Assembly (NCBI GenBank): GCA_051362555.1
Contig: CM120642.1
Coordinates: forward strand, 3,472,001 to 3,536,000
Length of the DNA: 64,000 bases
Direction of reading: 5' to 3'
DNA from: Lingula anatina
Taxonomy: Eukaryota > Animalia > Brachiopoda
Shown: positions 38,841-51,800 of the stretch, one piece after another
Layout of the letters: each line of letters starts with the position of its first letter
Numbering within the stretch: position 1 is the stretch's first letter
Notes under the pieces: generated by a model
The model's input: the letters and a program-made list of their open reading frames with translations, nothing else
Databases searched by the model: none
What the model was told of the DNA's origin: nothing
Program-made: the position numbers and the translations under genes

Positions 38841-39602
38841 TTACTGGTGATACATATATGAGGAAAACATCACAGACAAGCCTCTGACACCCAGGGTACA
38901 GTGAAATTAATCAGAGAATGCTCAAACAGGTTCTCCTTTAACCTGAGAAAACTCTGACACCGTATAGTACCAGCATTTGAGATATGGTGCACTCTCCGGC
39001 AGAGACAAAGATTACAAAATATTTATTGTATCGATGACATTGTCACTGACAGAAGTTAATTGAAAATGATGACTTTTTTACATGTGGCCTTAAAGCAGTA
39101 GGAGGTACAATTTTTTGGTAATCATTTTTTTTTTTCATTTTAGAAATGGGATGTATGTAGTAAACAGAATGGCCTTGTGTTTGGAAAGAGAGTAACATTC
39201 TTCTGCTTGGAATGCATTTTGCAATTTGAATATAACTCAAACAGCAGTTTTACATTCTTTGGCTTTATTGATGAGTTAAGGGTATCACCAGATATATCTC
39301 TTTCCTATATTGTAAGGAATTTTGATGGAATATCTATAAATGAATCAAACTTTGACATAAATTCCACAGCAGATGTTACTTGTTCTGCCATGAAATCACT
39401 TGTAATTTATTAATTTATGTAGGCAGATAGAATTATTATATGATGGTGCATATTTATCATTTCCATTCTTCTCAATAGATTGTTTTTTTTTTCAGCACAA
39501 GATAATTTAGATAACAGATAGGTGAATGCTACATGAAATAAAAAAAAAAAAAACAACAAAAAACACCATCATATTTAGATATATTATCTTTTATTTTTGC
39601 AG

Positions 39603-39712
39603 GACAACTTGAACGTGTTCTTGGAAGCTTGTGAAGAACAAGTTGGACTGAAAAATTCACAACTTTTCAACCCCAGTGAGCTTCAAGATTTGTCCACAAG
39701 AGCAATTGCTGA
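39603..39712 (+). CDS. LMO7: LMO7/LIMCH1-family exon 4 (DNLNVFLEACEEQVGLKNSQLFNPSELQDLSTRAIA)
   Basis: tttttgcag| acceptor and |gtaagt donor. 110 nt, phase 0 to 2. Matches the family DNI.VFL.AC...GLK..QLF.P.DLQD motif. Confidence 0.93.
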
Positions 39713-42049
39713 GTAAGTCAATATATATATTGTAATCATGATTGTAGATCAATAATATTACAATCTTATGGTCTTCACTCAAAGTTTCACCCTATTCTGG
39801 TAGTGTTCCGGAAGTTGTATGTCATTGGATTGGCTTTGTTCGGTGAACTGATCTTAATAAAATGCCCTAATAATATTGGACGAACAGAGTTTAGATCAGT
39901 TAGTTAGAATGAAAATGTGACTTTGGTTATAGGATGAAATGAACAGCATTCCATTCTTTATAGGATGTGCCATGGAAAATCCCTGACTTTTTTTTCGAAT
40001 GACAATGTGACCTTGCTAAAAAGAAATAGCAGTCAAGTCTGAATGAGTTTGCTCAAGGTCCTTCAAAGGCAATAAGTTTCATTCGACCTGAGAAGAGAAA
40101 AAAAAGAAGAGATGGCTTATTGATAGAACAGGTTTTGATGTAGGTTTTCAAAGGCAACGAGTTTCATTTAAGTGAAAGTGACAGTCTCTTATTTCTGTTG
40201 AATTAGAAAGGCGACACCATATTGTTGCCGAGTGACTTTCATATTTTCACTTTTGATTTTGAATCAACTTTGAATTTGGTAGCTATAAAGAAATTGGTAC
40301 CCATTAATTTGCCAGGCAGCTTATTTCTATACAATTGTCCTTGCTTCTCTCACAGGGTTGCAAAAGCTTGAAGTCGGGTTACATTTTCTTTTCTCTCTCG
40401 TATGGATTCCTTGTGGCTTCACTATCTGTGGAAAATTGTGTCACATGATACAGTTGTGTATGTTTTTGTTGGTTTCTTCCTCTAATGATGCTTCTACCTT
40501 GAATATTTTTTGATTGAGATATTATCACTTTCATCACAAATCAAATGAAACATTCAAAATTAGAAACTGTAGGTCAAAGTTTATATCAGATCCTGTATTA
40601 GAAGCATAGCACTATAAAGATTATTGTAACACTTGTACACAGCTGCGCACCTGCAATCTCTTGTTTCCAAGAGTGAAAAAGTTGCGATTATATCAATTTT
40701 TCACCTCGGGATAGTTGGGGCATGAAATTCTACAGCGACAAGTTTTACATCTGCATAACCAAGTTAAATACAAAGCATAAATGCTGTGTGGGAAAGTTAC
40801 TTAATATACAAAAGAACAAATGTAGTGTTTGCCAATGATTCAGGAGTGATTACTGTATAGGGCCATAGTTCTGATGAATAACTGCACTGAAATGTCACTG
40901 TGAATCAAGTCTTTTTTTCCACACAAAAACACATTCTTTTTGGGAAGTACAGAAAGGCTGAACCCCAATGAATGTCAACCTCATAGCTTATATAAAATGG
41001 AGTAAAAAGGGGTTCTGTAATGCATTCTTCAAAAAAGGCTTTTGCACAGTAGCTTTTTGCACCTCATTTCAGAATCTATGCCTCATGTTTAATTCAACCA
41101 TCATTACTGTGGAAGCATTTAGTGGGAGACTTGCAGTTTGGTGTGTAATACGATCTGCCTTTTACCTGGGCTACCTTTCTTTGAACAGGGGAGCTAAGTT
41201 TTGTTCAAACTCGAGGTGACATCGGGGTGAAGGCAGTAATCTAAAGACAAAGCTTACTTAGCAAACACACTGTATTTTTTCAACTTTATCATCGTTCGGT
41301 GCATTTTTTGTCAACAGTTTCCAATAATGACATTGATTGTCGATTTTTTAATGGCAAAGGGTTCAAAGATGGCGAAAATTCCATCGTACCTGTAAATTGT
41401 TTTGAGACTTTTCATTTTGAAGCGAACTTTGTAATATTACACTTTGGACAACAACAACCCGGTGACATAAACACAACAAGTTGATAGAATATGTGCATTC
41501 CTATGAAAATTATAGCTGAATTACACCCTTGCACTTGGTCGCACTGTGGCTTTTTCTTGTCCAATCCCAGTCAGGCTTGTAAATATTTTGACCGAGACCT
41601 AGAAGAGGGGGTTTGGTGCACTTGCATCAACTGTCCCCAATTACGTCAGCCAGGCATCATTTTATTATCTGGTCAGCGATCAACAGCTGACCGCTGGTAT
41701 TTTTATCAACAGACATCCACTAACAAATATCACAAACACTGACCGATCAGATTGAGAATTTATCAGCCCCAGGCACTGAGGGTAGTGACTAAAGCTTTGA
41801 AGTACCATTCAAAAGTTATATATATGTATATAGGTAGGAGCTGGTAGGAGAGAATACCTAGCAAATCGGCTTAGGTGTTTACTCATGGGAAAAAATTCAA
41901 GAATCTTTACCCAGTAAACAGCACACCTTGACTGTCAAGCTTGAATGTCATTTCTTTTATGTTTGCTCTTCCCAAAAGCAATGTTGACCAGACTTGAATT
42001 ACCTGCATCCTTGATTCAAGATCAGGACCCATGGTAACCCTCTCGAATG

Positions 42050-42092
42050 GTGTGTGCGTGTATGTGTGTGCGTGCGTGCGTGCATATGTGTA

Positions 42093-42128
<36 letters not shown>
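42050..42128 (+). repeat. Compound (TG)n/(TGCG)n/(GA)n microsatellite
   Basis: Directly visible. Confidence 0.9.
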
Positions 42129-42131
<3 letters not shown>

Positions 42132-43438
42132 AATGTACTTTTATATACATAAGATTACTAAAAAAAGTAATATTTTGAAAGCATTTTGTGTAGGTATAAA
42201 ATTGTTTTTCAGCTATGTTGAACCAAGGTTACCTGAAAAAGAGGTTGTCAGAGAAAAGAAGCTACAAAATTTACAGTATGATAATCATTATTTGCCAAGC
42301 CTTTCAGTTATGATATGTCAGGGGAAATCATTAGCATACCTGTCTGTTTATCTTTTAAATTTATGTTAGGATGATTGCCACCTCATTCAACCTTCATGTT
42401 TCATATAATTGAATTTTGTCAGACCTTTTTTTTTCCTGAAAATTAAGATTAGAAGAAGGCGTCAAACAGGTTTTTTGGTTGCTCTCTCAAGAGGTGCAGG
42501 GTTTTTAAGAAAAATGATGGCTATTATGTGTAGGTCTAAAAGTGTGGATAAGATGAAGAAAGGATAAGGACATTACATGTTTGCATTTTTGGACGTAAAA
42601 ATTTGCTCATTTATCTAACATCAGCTTCTAAATTGAACTTGCATTCCATTAAGTTAAGATTGGAATAAAAAGCAAATAAGATTGATATCTTTGAAGCATC
42701 AAAGTATATATTCATATTTGTCACTTGCTTTAGTCACATTGTTAATTAAAAGCAGAAAGAAAGATGGAAAGACTTGTGATTCTCTTAGTTGTTCCTTTGG
42801 CTATGCCTTTGTTTTCTTGTGTCAACACAGTGAAATATCAGTGGTACATAACTTCCTCATGTCTGGGCTTGGGCCTTTTTAAAGAACCAATATAGCAACA
42901 TGCCCATTAGTCACTGTTAAGACCCATTTTAAATTGTCATATGTCACCTAAATATTTCGGATTGCTTGGTTTTGTGCTGTGGACCCTCATTAAGTAAATT
43001 GCAATCAGCCTAGTTTTATAAATGCACAAGTGTATGATGCCCAGATTGAAAAGATTTCATCGGCAGCTGATATGTGCTCATCTTCATTGTATGACGGATA
43101 TAGTCTTGATTGTCATCAGATGTAGGTGAATGTGACACGAGGACTATCGTCCACATGATCAAATAGACCATAGCATCTAAATCTGTTCTTTGTATGCATG
43201 ATTTGTTTGCACTGTAGCAATGGAGTCTGCACGAACACAGGCACAGCTGTGATGAAATATTATAACATCACTCAGGTTAATATTTAATGACTCAAAGAAA
43301 AATAAAAAAGAAGGCAGAAATTCAAGCGAAGCATGAAATAGACGACCTGTGATTACATTGAAACTGGCAAAGGTAGGTGTGACAGGAATGATGGTCACAG
43401 TGAGGGCGACATGGAGGCTTCGTGGATGCAGAAAAGAC

Positions 43439-43617
43439 TAGGATATTTAGGATTTGTTAGAATCCTTGGTAGGATATGTTAGGATCCTCTGCAGGATATG
43501 TTAGGATCTTCTATAGGATATGTTAGGATCCTCTGCAGGATATGTCAGGATCCACTGTAGGATATGTTAGGATCTTCTGTAGGATTATGTTAGGATCCTC
43601 TGTAAGATATGTTAGAA
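43439..43617 (+). repeat. 22-bp minisatellite (AGGATATGTTAGGATCCTCTGC), ~7-8 copies
   Basis: Tandem units with few substitutions and degenerate edges. Confidence 0.9.
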
Positions 43618-46600
43618 TAAGTTAGCATATGTAAGCATCCTCTCCTCTGTGTGTTGTGGTATGCATCTTTATTTTTTAAAAAGTTGTCCACCTTTTGTTG
43701 AAGGAGATATCTTTATTGCCTCCCTTTCTCTAAGTAAACAAATACATTTTTTATAAAGGGAGGTGAAGATCAGAAGGCCTGTAAGCTGTATTTAGAACTG
43801 TTTCTTTTGTGTACCACCCGATGGAATATTTTCCCTCTTTCCCTTAAGTAAACTACAAGAAAGAATTTTCGGAAAAATGTAGATTGGTACGCCTATAAGG
43901 AGTAAAAGAAGTCACAACCAACTTCTTGATGCTGCAGGTAAGTGGATGGTGTCCACCTCTTTCCCTAAGCCCTAAATACCTGTGTCATCTCTATGTTATG
44001 GTTTACTAGCCTTGACACATCAGACATCAGATAACAATTAAGCACCTGTATCATAACTGAGGGATGATGTGCTAAGTTAATTTGACATTGTATATTGAAG
44101 TGAAACAACTTGTCATATCAGATTTATACTGACCGTGAGAGTTTGTATTTTGTGGATGTCACCTGCAATTTTGTTGAAATGGATTGAGAGGATTACTAGT
44201 TTGCTGGAAAAAGTTTTGGTCCCAATTTGGTTTTAAAAAATTTTCTAATGAAAAGGGGACAACCTGTCTTTTTTTTTTTCTTTTCGTTTCTTCACATTGA
44301 CTTCTAAAATGTGACATTATAAACAAACCTATAAGAAGAAAAATGTTAATCCTAATGTTTGTTGCTCAAATAGTCCCGTTTTTGCATTGGAACACCAGTT
44401 GATTTGTCAAGTCAGGATTGATGTGTTTATTATGTATGCTTAAAGCTGCTCACATCCTTAAGTTTACCAGTCTGTCAGGTTCAGATACCTTTTCATACCA
44501 CTTTTCAGTATCTGTGATTGGCTACAGTATGTAACAGAAAACACATGATGGCATGGCTCTTTTCACTGTTCTCACCAACATCATTATAACATTAGCTGCT
44601 TAAACACATCTTTGCTTATATTTAACATGCTTACTTTAGACTTTTCTGTGCTCGTTACTCCAGTGAAACACCCTTTTTTTTTTGTGTTAATGAAGCAGAT
44701 AAAAGTTTAACTTCTATGCCACTATTACTAAATCATTGATCACTATTAGACTTCATTGGACAAATAAAACCCTGTTGAACTGTTGAGAAACATTCCACTG
44801 CCATAAACTTTGGATGTTCCTCTTTCCAAGTACTTATCTCAAAATTTATGCTTGCACTTGGACAGCATATCTCGTAGGTAAGGCACTTCAACTTGATAGA
44901 TGGTGGCCACTTCTCCATTTTTCTCAGGTGGCCAATTAAGGGAAAGGAGAAAAATGAATGACTTCTGTCAAACCAAAGCACTTGCAATATTGTAGTTAAT
45001 TGAAGATACACCAGTGCTGGGTTGGGGTGTTGGTGAAAAAATTTGTGCGGTTGTATTAGCATAATAAAGGTGACATTATAATTACAGAGGAATTTTGCAA
45101 CAAAAATATTGTGGTTATTACTGCCCAAATTCCATACATAACTTACTTTCATATTTTCAGGTGAATTCTTTTTATTAAAAAAAAAAAATTCCTCTTGCTT
45201 CTTAGAAGCACATATTTGTTGTTTTGTGTATTACCAACATTCCATTCTCTTGGGAAAGTATAATTAATCAGTTTTGTTCTAATTTAAGAAGCAATTTCCA
45301 TAACTGTTATGGATTAAGATGTCCAATGTCTGCACGTAATTTGTTTAAATTCTTTTGAGCAAAAAATTGATGATGGAGGTATTTTTTAATAATGTCCTGT
45401 TGAGCACAAATCCCTAGTTGCTTTCACTAATCTTGTCACAAACTAACCTTAATGCCCAGTACAAGCGCTGATTAAAAAAGGTCGTTATCTTTTCCAAGGC
45501 CGTTCATGACATTGTGGCATCCATCTGTTACATTTTTTGTTAAAGGTTCAGTTGTCTACAAGAAAGTAAAAAAAAAATTGAGTTGAATAATTGCTGTTAT
45601 TCATTAGATTGTAAAAGAAAAGAGACAAGTTTTAAGCATGTTGATGGGATGAGTCTTGTGTTTTATTTAATTGCAAACCATGTTTCATTTGCTGTGCATA
45701 ATTACTGTATTTGTCCTTGCAAATGATTATAGAAAATATTACAACAGTTAACTACAGATTTCAGACACTTCATGTTCCAATTTATTTTTTCTCAAAGTGC
45801 ATCATTATGGCTTCTTTCAAGAAGACAACAAATTAATGAACTACTAATAATGATATGAACTAGTAAATGATTTCAAGTAGAAGTCAGAATTTTTTTTTTG
45901 TAGTTAAGCCCACATTGCTTTGTAAATGACATTTAAAAAAAGCATTATTAATTAATTAAAGTTGTTTCTTATTCAGTGAATAATTATTGATTTAACCTTT
46001 TTTTTTTAATGTCAGTGAGGCCATCAGCATTTTTCTGTCTGTGCTTATGTTTTTTCTTTTTGCAAAATTAATATCCTGAAAAAATATCTGCATTACTGAT
46101 TAACCTGCTACAGGGATATTATTTATGATGATGATATTTTCCCTGGAGAGGTCAGAGCATAAATGGTAGACATTTCTCATCAAACTGGTGACTTATGTTT
46201 AATATCCTGTTTGATTAAAATGTTAGTGTTTGTGGTCTTAGAAAGATTGTAGTAGGCGGTTCCAATCTTATCTTTGGTAGACAACTCAACTTCAGGGCTT
46301 ATACATTGACACGCCCCGATGACCAAAGGCATGAAATAATTGTCATATCTCAGGTGGATCAGACTGACGTAGGTAGACATTTGGTGTAGTAAGGTGAGGG
46401 CATAGGGTGTACCAGATTATGGTAATCTCCCTGTAATTTTGAACAAATTTATTTTATTTATTTTTTTAAAGTAGATTATTTCTTCATGCCACATCAGAAA
46501 GTTTGATAGGAAATTTTGAATGGGGAGTTATGGTTTTTGTCAGAAAATGTATAATTTTGTGTAATTTAAACTATAAATTTTGGAAATAAGATAAAATGTT

Positions 46601-48844
46601 TGAAATTATTGAGCTATGCGCAATCAGGGAGCAAGTACCATAAACATCAGGATCAGATTGTAAAATGTTTTATTTTTTGGAGATTTTGGTAATATTTTTA
46701 AGGTTTAGTTATTTTAACAAGGTGAAAGAATATATGATTGTTATTTAAACAAATTTGAAAGAAAAAACGGCCTATGCAGGACACTGAATGTCACATTCAA
46801 TGTATAACCTGCCACTATGCAGATGAGATTAAACAGTTCCCTCGCTGCACAGTGAGATTTCAATGTTCGTAATGTTGCATGATTTACACAGTGAACACAT
46901 TTATATATGGAACAGAGGCATTAGCCTGGAAATAGTGCCATCAATCTGGTTCTTTTACATACCATCTTTGTGATATGTCATTAAAATGGCATTATAGGGC
47001 AGGCTGAAGGTGAATTTTTTGCATTATGCAATGGAATCTTGCTGGCAGATGGTGCAGTATTATTTTAGAAACTAGCTGTTTGGTTGCTGTCATGCGCATT
47101 ATACTTGGAATTAGTTTGATCATTTTATTTAGCATACTTTGCTCCAAACACACACTTGCACAAAACGAGAGAGAGAGAGAGGGAGAAAGAGAGAATGTTC
47201 ATTACCCAGTCAACATGTATATTTAAATCATTCACCAAGCGACATGAAGCCCTTCTCCTCCCCCCCCCCCATTTCCCCCCTGGCACCACAACATGACTTC
47301 TCAGGTAAAGAGGGTTTCAAAGAGAGTGTTTCCTTAGTATAAAAGTTCTGTGTATATTTAATCCTGATTGTGGTTGAGATAATTACAGGCTAATGAGAAG
47401 CTTTTCATTGTGGATAAGGTCATTTCATGGGTGAAGTGGGTTTAAGGTGTCTCCCATTACTCCTTGACTGTGAGGTCTAAGGTAAGAGCATTTGTTTTGA
47501 CCATTAAGTGAAGATATTCATGTTACTTAGTGACTTTGGAATACATGACTGTCTCCTGTTCTCCGTCTGTTAGTGGTGTTAAGCTAGCCCACCCTAGGAA
47601 GAGGTGAGGGTTCTCATTTTGATGAAGAGGCTTTTAGGGGATTCTCATGTTTCCTGGTGCAATGATGTGCACATTTTTGGATAAAGGTAGATTAGAATAT
47701 TTATTGCTGTACGAGATGAAGAAATTTAAGATAAGCTTTTATGGTCATTAGAGAAAATGGAATTGAATTAAGGTTTATGGGTGAAAATTTTGAAGAATGC
47801 TTTAGTAAAGATACGCCATTGAGGGGACAGCCAACATAAAAGCAATACCTGTCAAGTTATTTTATTTAAGATGTGTATTACATTGGTGTTGGTGGTGGAA
47901 AGGAGGGTATAAAGTGGAGAAGAGGTTCTGATCTATCTTTAACATAATGTGAACATGATGACATATTTTAGTTCAAGATCCTCTTACATGGCTGAGGATA
48001 TGTGGAGGCCATCTCCAGGCTGTGTGAAATGTAACTGCCTGTGTAACACTGATAAAACAGGATAACGTCCCCAATCTTTTCTACATATCATCACATGACG
48101 ACAACCTTCTCACCTTTGTCTAAACACCTGCAAACAGAGCATCATGTTTTGCTATCAAGTACAGTTCTTACATGATGAAATACATCCAAGATTAAAGATT
48201 AAGGAGATGCTTAGAAAGATAAAGACAATAAAAATGGATGTTTAAACGTGTGACCGAATAAAGTGTGAACCTGTGTCACATCTTGCGATCAATATTTTTG
48301 ATTTGATCTCAGTGAGTTTGCAAATGGGTCATTTATAAAGGGATTTTGTACTTATATTTGGTAATAAGATGTCATACCTGAGACGCCCTGGATCTAATAC
48401 CATTAGATAATGCAGGAGTTATCTTGCTTATTGTGGAATAATAATACCTCTCCTATCTGTGATGAAGCCATCTTGCACTTGATAATTCTCATCGGACATT
48501 TTGCAGGGCAATGGATCGTTTGTAATCTTAAAACTTTAATTTAGTACATTTGAGTTTTGAATTAATTTAAAGGCAGAATTTTCCAAGTACCATAAAGGGT
48601 TGAATTGTACCAGAGATTTGTCTCTTAAGTATTAGATTTTTTTTCTGATTTTTATTTAGCTCATTGGATGGTTGGAATGCTGATGTTTTATATCCTATTA
48701 TATGTGTTATTATTTCCTTTTGAAGTATCCATCCTATTTCTGATGAAATTGTGAATTGAACCAGGAAAAAACACGATTTAACTACTATGTGATCACTACT
48801 GTATATTTCATCATTAAGTATTTCGTCTCTTTGTATCTTTTCAG

Positions 48845-48887
48845 TACGGACCAAATCAAGCAAGAGATAGAAAAAAGATTGAGAAGC
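48845..48887 (+). CDS. LMO7: LMO7/LIMCH1-family exon 5, 43-nt micro-exon (DTDQIKQEIEKRLRS)
   Basis: tatcttttcag| acceptor and |gtaagt donor. Phase 2 to 0, exactly what is needed to join exon 4 to exon 6. Resembles the family segment 'QEETDRRVKN'. Confidence 0.85.
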
Positions 48888-51800
48888 GTAAGTAGAAAGC
48901 TTACCTTTACATGCAGATAATTCAGTGAAAAAAAAAGGCAATGAATAATAGTAATTGAAAAGTGGCTTGAGATATAGTCATATATGTAAAAAGATATGTT
49001 AGTTTATTTTCTTTTATGCTGGGTTGTGACTTTGATGATGAGGCACGAAAAACATGAAGGGTTGTGGGGGGGGGGGGGGGGAGTTGATTTTGGTTATGAA
49101 GGTGTTGGCAGGATGTGATGAGAAAGCCTAGACATGGGGAACAGTCAGGACAGACAGGTGTCTGTTTAATTTCTTTGTATATAAATGAGTTGAAAATAAA
49201 GATGGATTGGAAATGATGGATCTGTAAACCATTAAAAAAGTGTCAACTGATGTTAATGTATGCAGTAGTTGTAGAAATGAAAATTTATCAAAAACAAAGC
49301 ACAGTCTGTTGTCTTTTTGAATGAAACATCAGTTGTCATGTTCTTCCAATGTTACATTATACTCATTTGATTAATTTAGTGTTATTGATTTCTGATAAAT
49401 TGTTTATTTTATTCATGTACAACAAGAAGGTCTACAACTATTGCTTTTAAATTCAAAGTGAAATTTTGTTTCAGAATTTGGTCATTGTGTTCTTCGTAAA
49501 AAATTCAATTTTCAGCTTTTACAGTTACATCCTTACAAAACCATTGAGACTGAAGTTTTTCAAGCTAATCATATGGGCTGTTTATTTAATGGAAATGGAT
49601 CAAATTGTGCGTCAGTTGAAAATGTTTGTTTTATCTTTTGTGACTTATGACACAATGCTTTATTGTATTAAATAATGCTCTATACTCATGCCGGTCTTAT
49701 CTGCTCTTTTAGGCTGAATATAAAGGAAGACAATATTTCTTGTAAATGTTTACCTGCTAGATCATTAGGAAGTTGAATCACAATGGTTCAGTTGTAAATT
49801 AAGTTTTTCTTCTCTTTGTTAGCGAGCTTCAAAGCGACAGTTTGTTTGCTGTGCTAACTTAAATGTATTTTCAAAAGGAAACTTGAAGGTCTTTTTCGAG
49901 CACCTTAAAATTCTTTCATGCAAATTCACCAGCTTAAGAAAACATTTAGTTGGAGATTTTATTCCAGACACGTAACTCTCGATGTGCAAAACAGACCACA
50001 TTTGTATTGGATGTCAAAAATATGAAAAGTTTTATTTTTTTATTTCCACAAGGTCCCAGATGTCACCATATAATTTATTGAGAGAATGAAGTCATGATAT
50101 TCCTATGAGTTATGTCAGTCTGCATGGTACAAGAACTATTGCGAGCTTACAATGAAACTTGTATTTTAAATAAACCCGGTTGACATGGATGATTAACTAT
50201 ATAAAGTTGTCGTCCCAAAATTTGGATTCTTCATGCAATATTGAATGCAGGTTGGAATACATGGCAATGTTTTTATTTATCTTAATATTAAACATTTAAT
50301 ACAGTATAATTATATGGAAAGGCACTACAGACATGCTTTTATTTATAGGCAGAATGGACCACGATTGCCATATCTAAATGATTATAGAGAACATTACTGG
50401 TTGCTTTAATGGAATAATATTGCTATTTTATAAACTGAGGCATGACTGTTTAATCACCCAGTCTATGATACACATTCAAATTAACCTAAATTCAGTATAA
50501 AGCTTTCAATCAGTATCAAGTAAGAAATGACAGCAAGAAATGTTTTACCATGTAGGAATTTAGATGCAAGCTTGCATATGTGCTTTTGTGAATAAATTTT
50601 CACCTATTTCAAAAGCACGATGCATGTTCCTGTTCAGTCAGAGACTGAAAGTGACGCTCTCTCTCTTGGGGGTATGCAAATGAGACTGATTGATTAGTCT
50701 CCGGACTTTCTTTACATACACAAATATACAATTGACCACTTCCTTATCGTCTACTTGACGGGAGATTGAAAAGAGTTGGAATTTTAACAGTGAATAAATA
50801 GGCTGTAAATCACCAGGGTAGTCCATAGCAGTCACTTCATCTTTGTCCCTCTATGTTTGCACATCACAGGAACTTATGTTATATCAACAAGGTTGTGATA
50901 GGCTACTTCAAGGCTAAAGTGACGTGGAATTCAGAAACCATAACTACTACCTGTTCAGAGATATGATGACTCGGAGCTGACTAAGGGATAATTTGGTGGT
51001 GAAAAATTGAGCGTGGATTTTTGCTCCATGACCGCAAAACATTGCTCTCAATGCAGAGATAAGAATTGGGTCTGTCTTGGCTGCCGATTCTTAAAATAAC
51101 TATTGAAATCATCGGTGAGCTATGGGATAAACAGTGTGACAGGTAGGAATCAGCAGTCAAGCGTCATGCGGGCTTTTCTTTAACCTGGTCTTGTGTAAAT
51201 ATCGGCTTTTGTGGTAGAACGACTTCATAAGGAGGCCTAATAGCTCTCCCCTCTCTATTTCTCCCTCTTGATAAGGATGCCTGCAAGGTACCAGTCAGGT
51301 AGGTGAATTTAGGACTTTAAGAAGTATTCAGGGAGACTTATTGGTTAATACGGTATGAAGTGGATTGGGGGCTCAGGGGACGTTAGGAGTGAAGCTGTAA
51401 GCTGGGCAACTGTTGGGAGTTAAGGTGGGCACTAGTCAAGCATGTACATAATACGTAAACTATTGAGCATTACGCAGGTGTGGCTACCTGGCCTATATTG
51501 AATTGAGAAGTATGTACTTTTTTTTTATGAAATCAATCTTAGGCGCCATTTATGCATGCTATCACGTTGGCTTTCTCCTTATAATATGTAATCGAAACTC
51601 TAGAGTTTACACACAACAAAGTAATATTGTGGCACTGGCAAACAATGTACCTGTCAACCAAGATGTGATCTATAATCTTAAGCAGTATGTATGGAGGAGA
51701 ATTTGTTCTGGGGAGAGGGAGTTTTTTTTTTTTTAAGTACAGAAAAGCTTGAGTTGGTTTTTGTACGTCACGAAAGGTGGTGCAGTCGCAGGGTTTTTTT

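Noticed and set aside
43439-43617. Regular repeats as a possible CRISPR array (also 1845-2000)
   Set aside because: The units are contiguous without unique spacers, there are no cas genes, and the context is eukaryotic.
48567-48941. 124-aa - strand ORF
   Set aside because: Antisense to micro-exon 5, with no recognisable domain.
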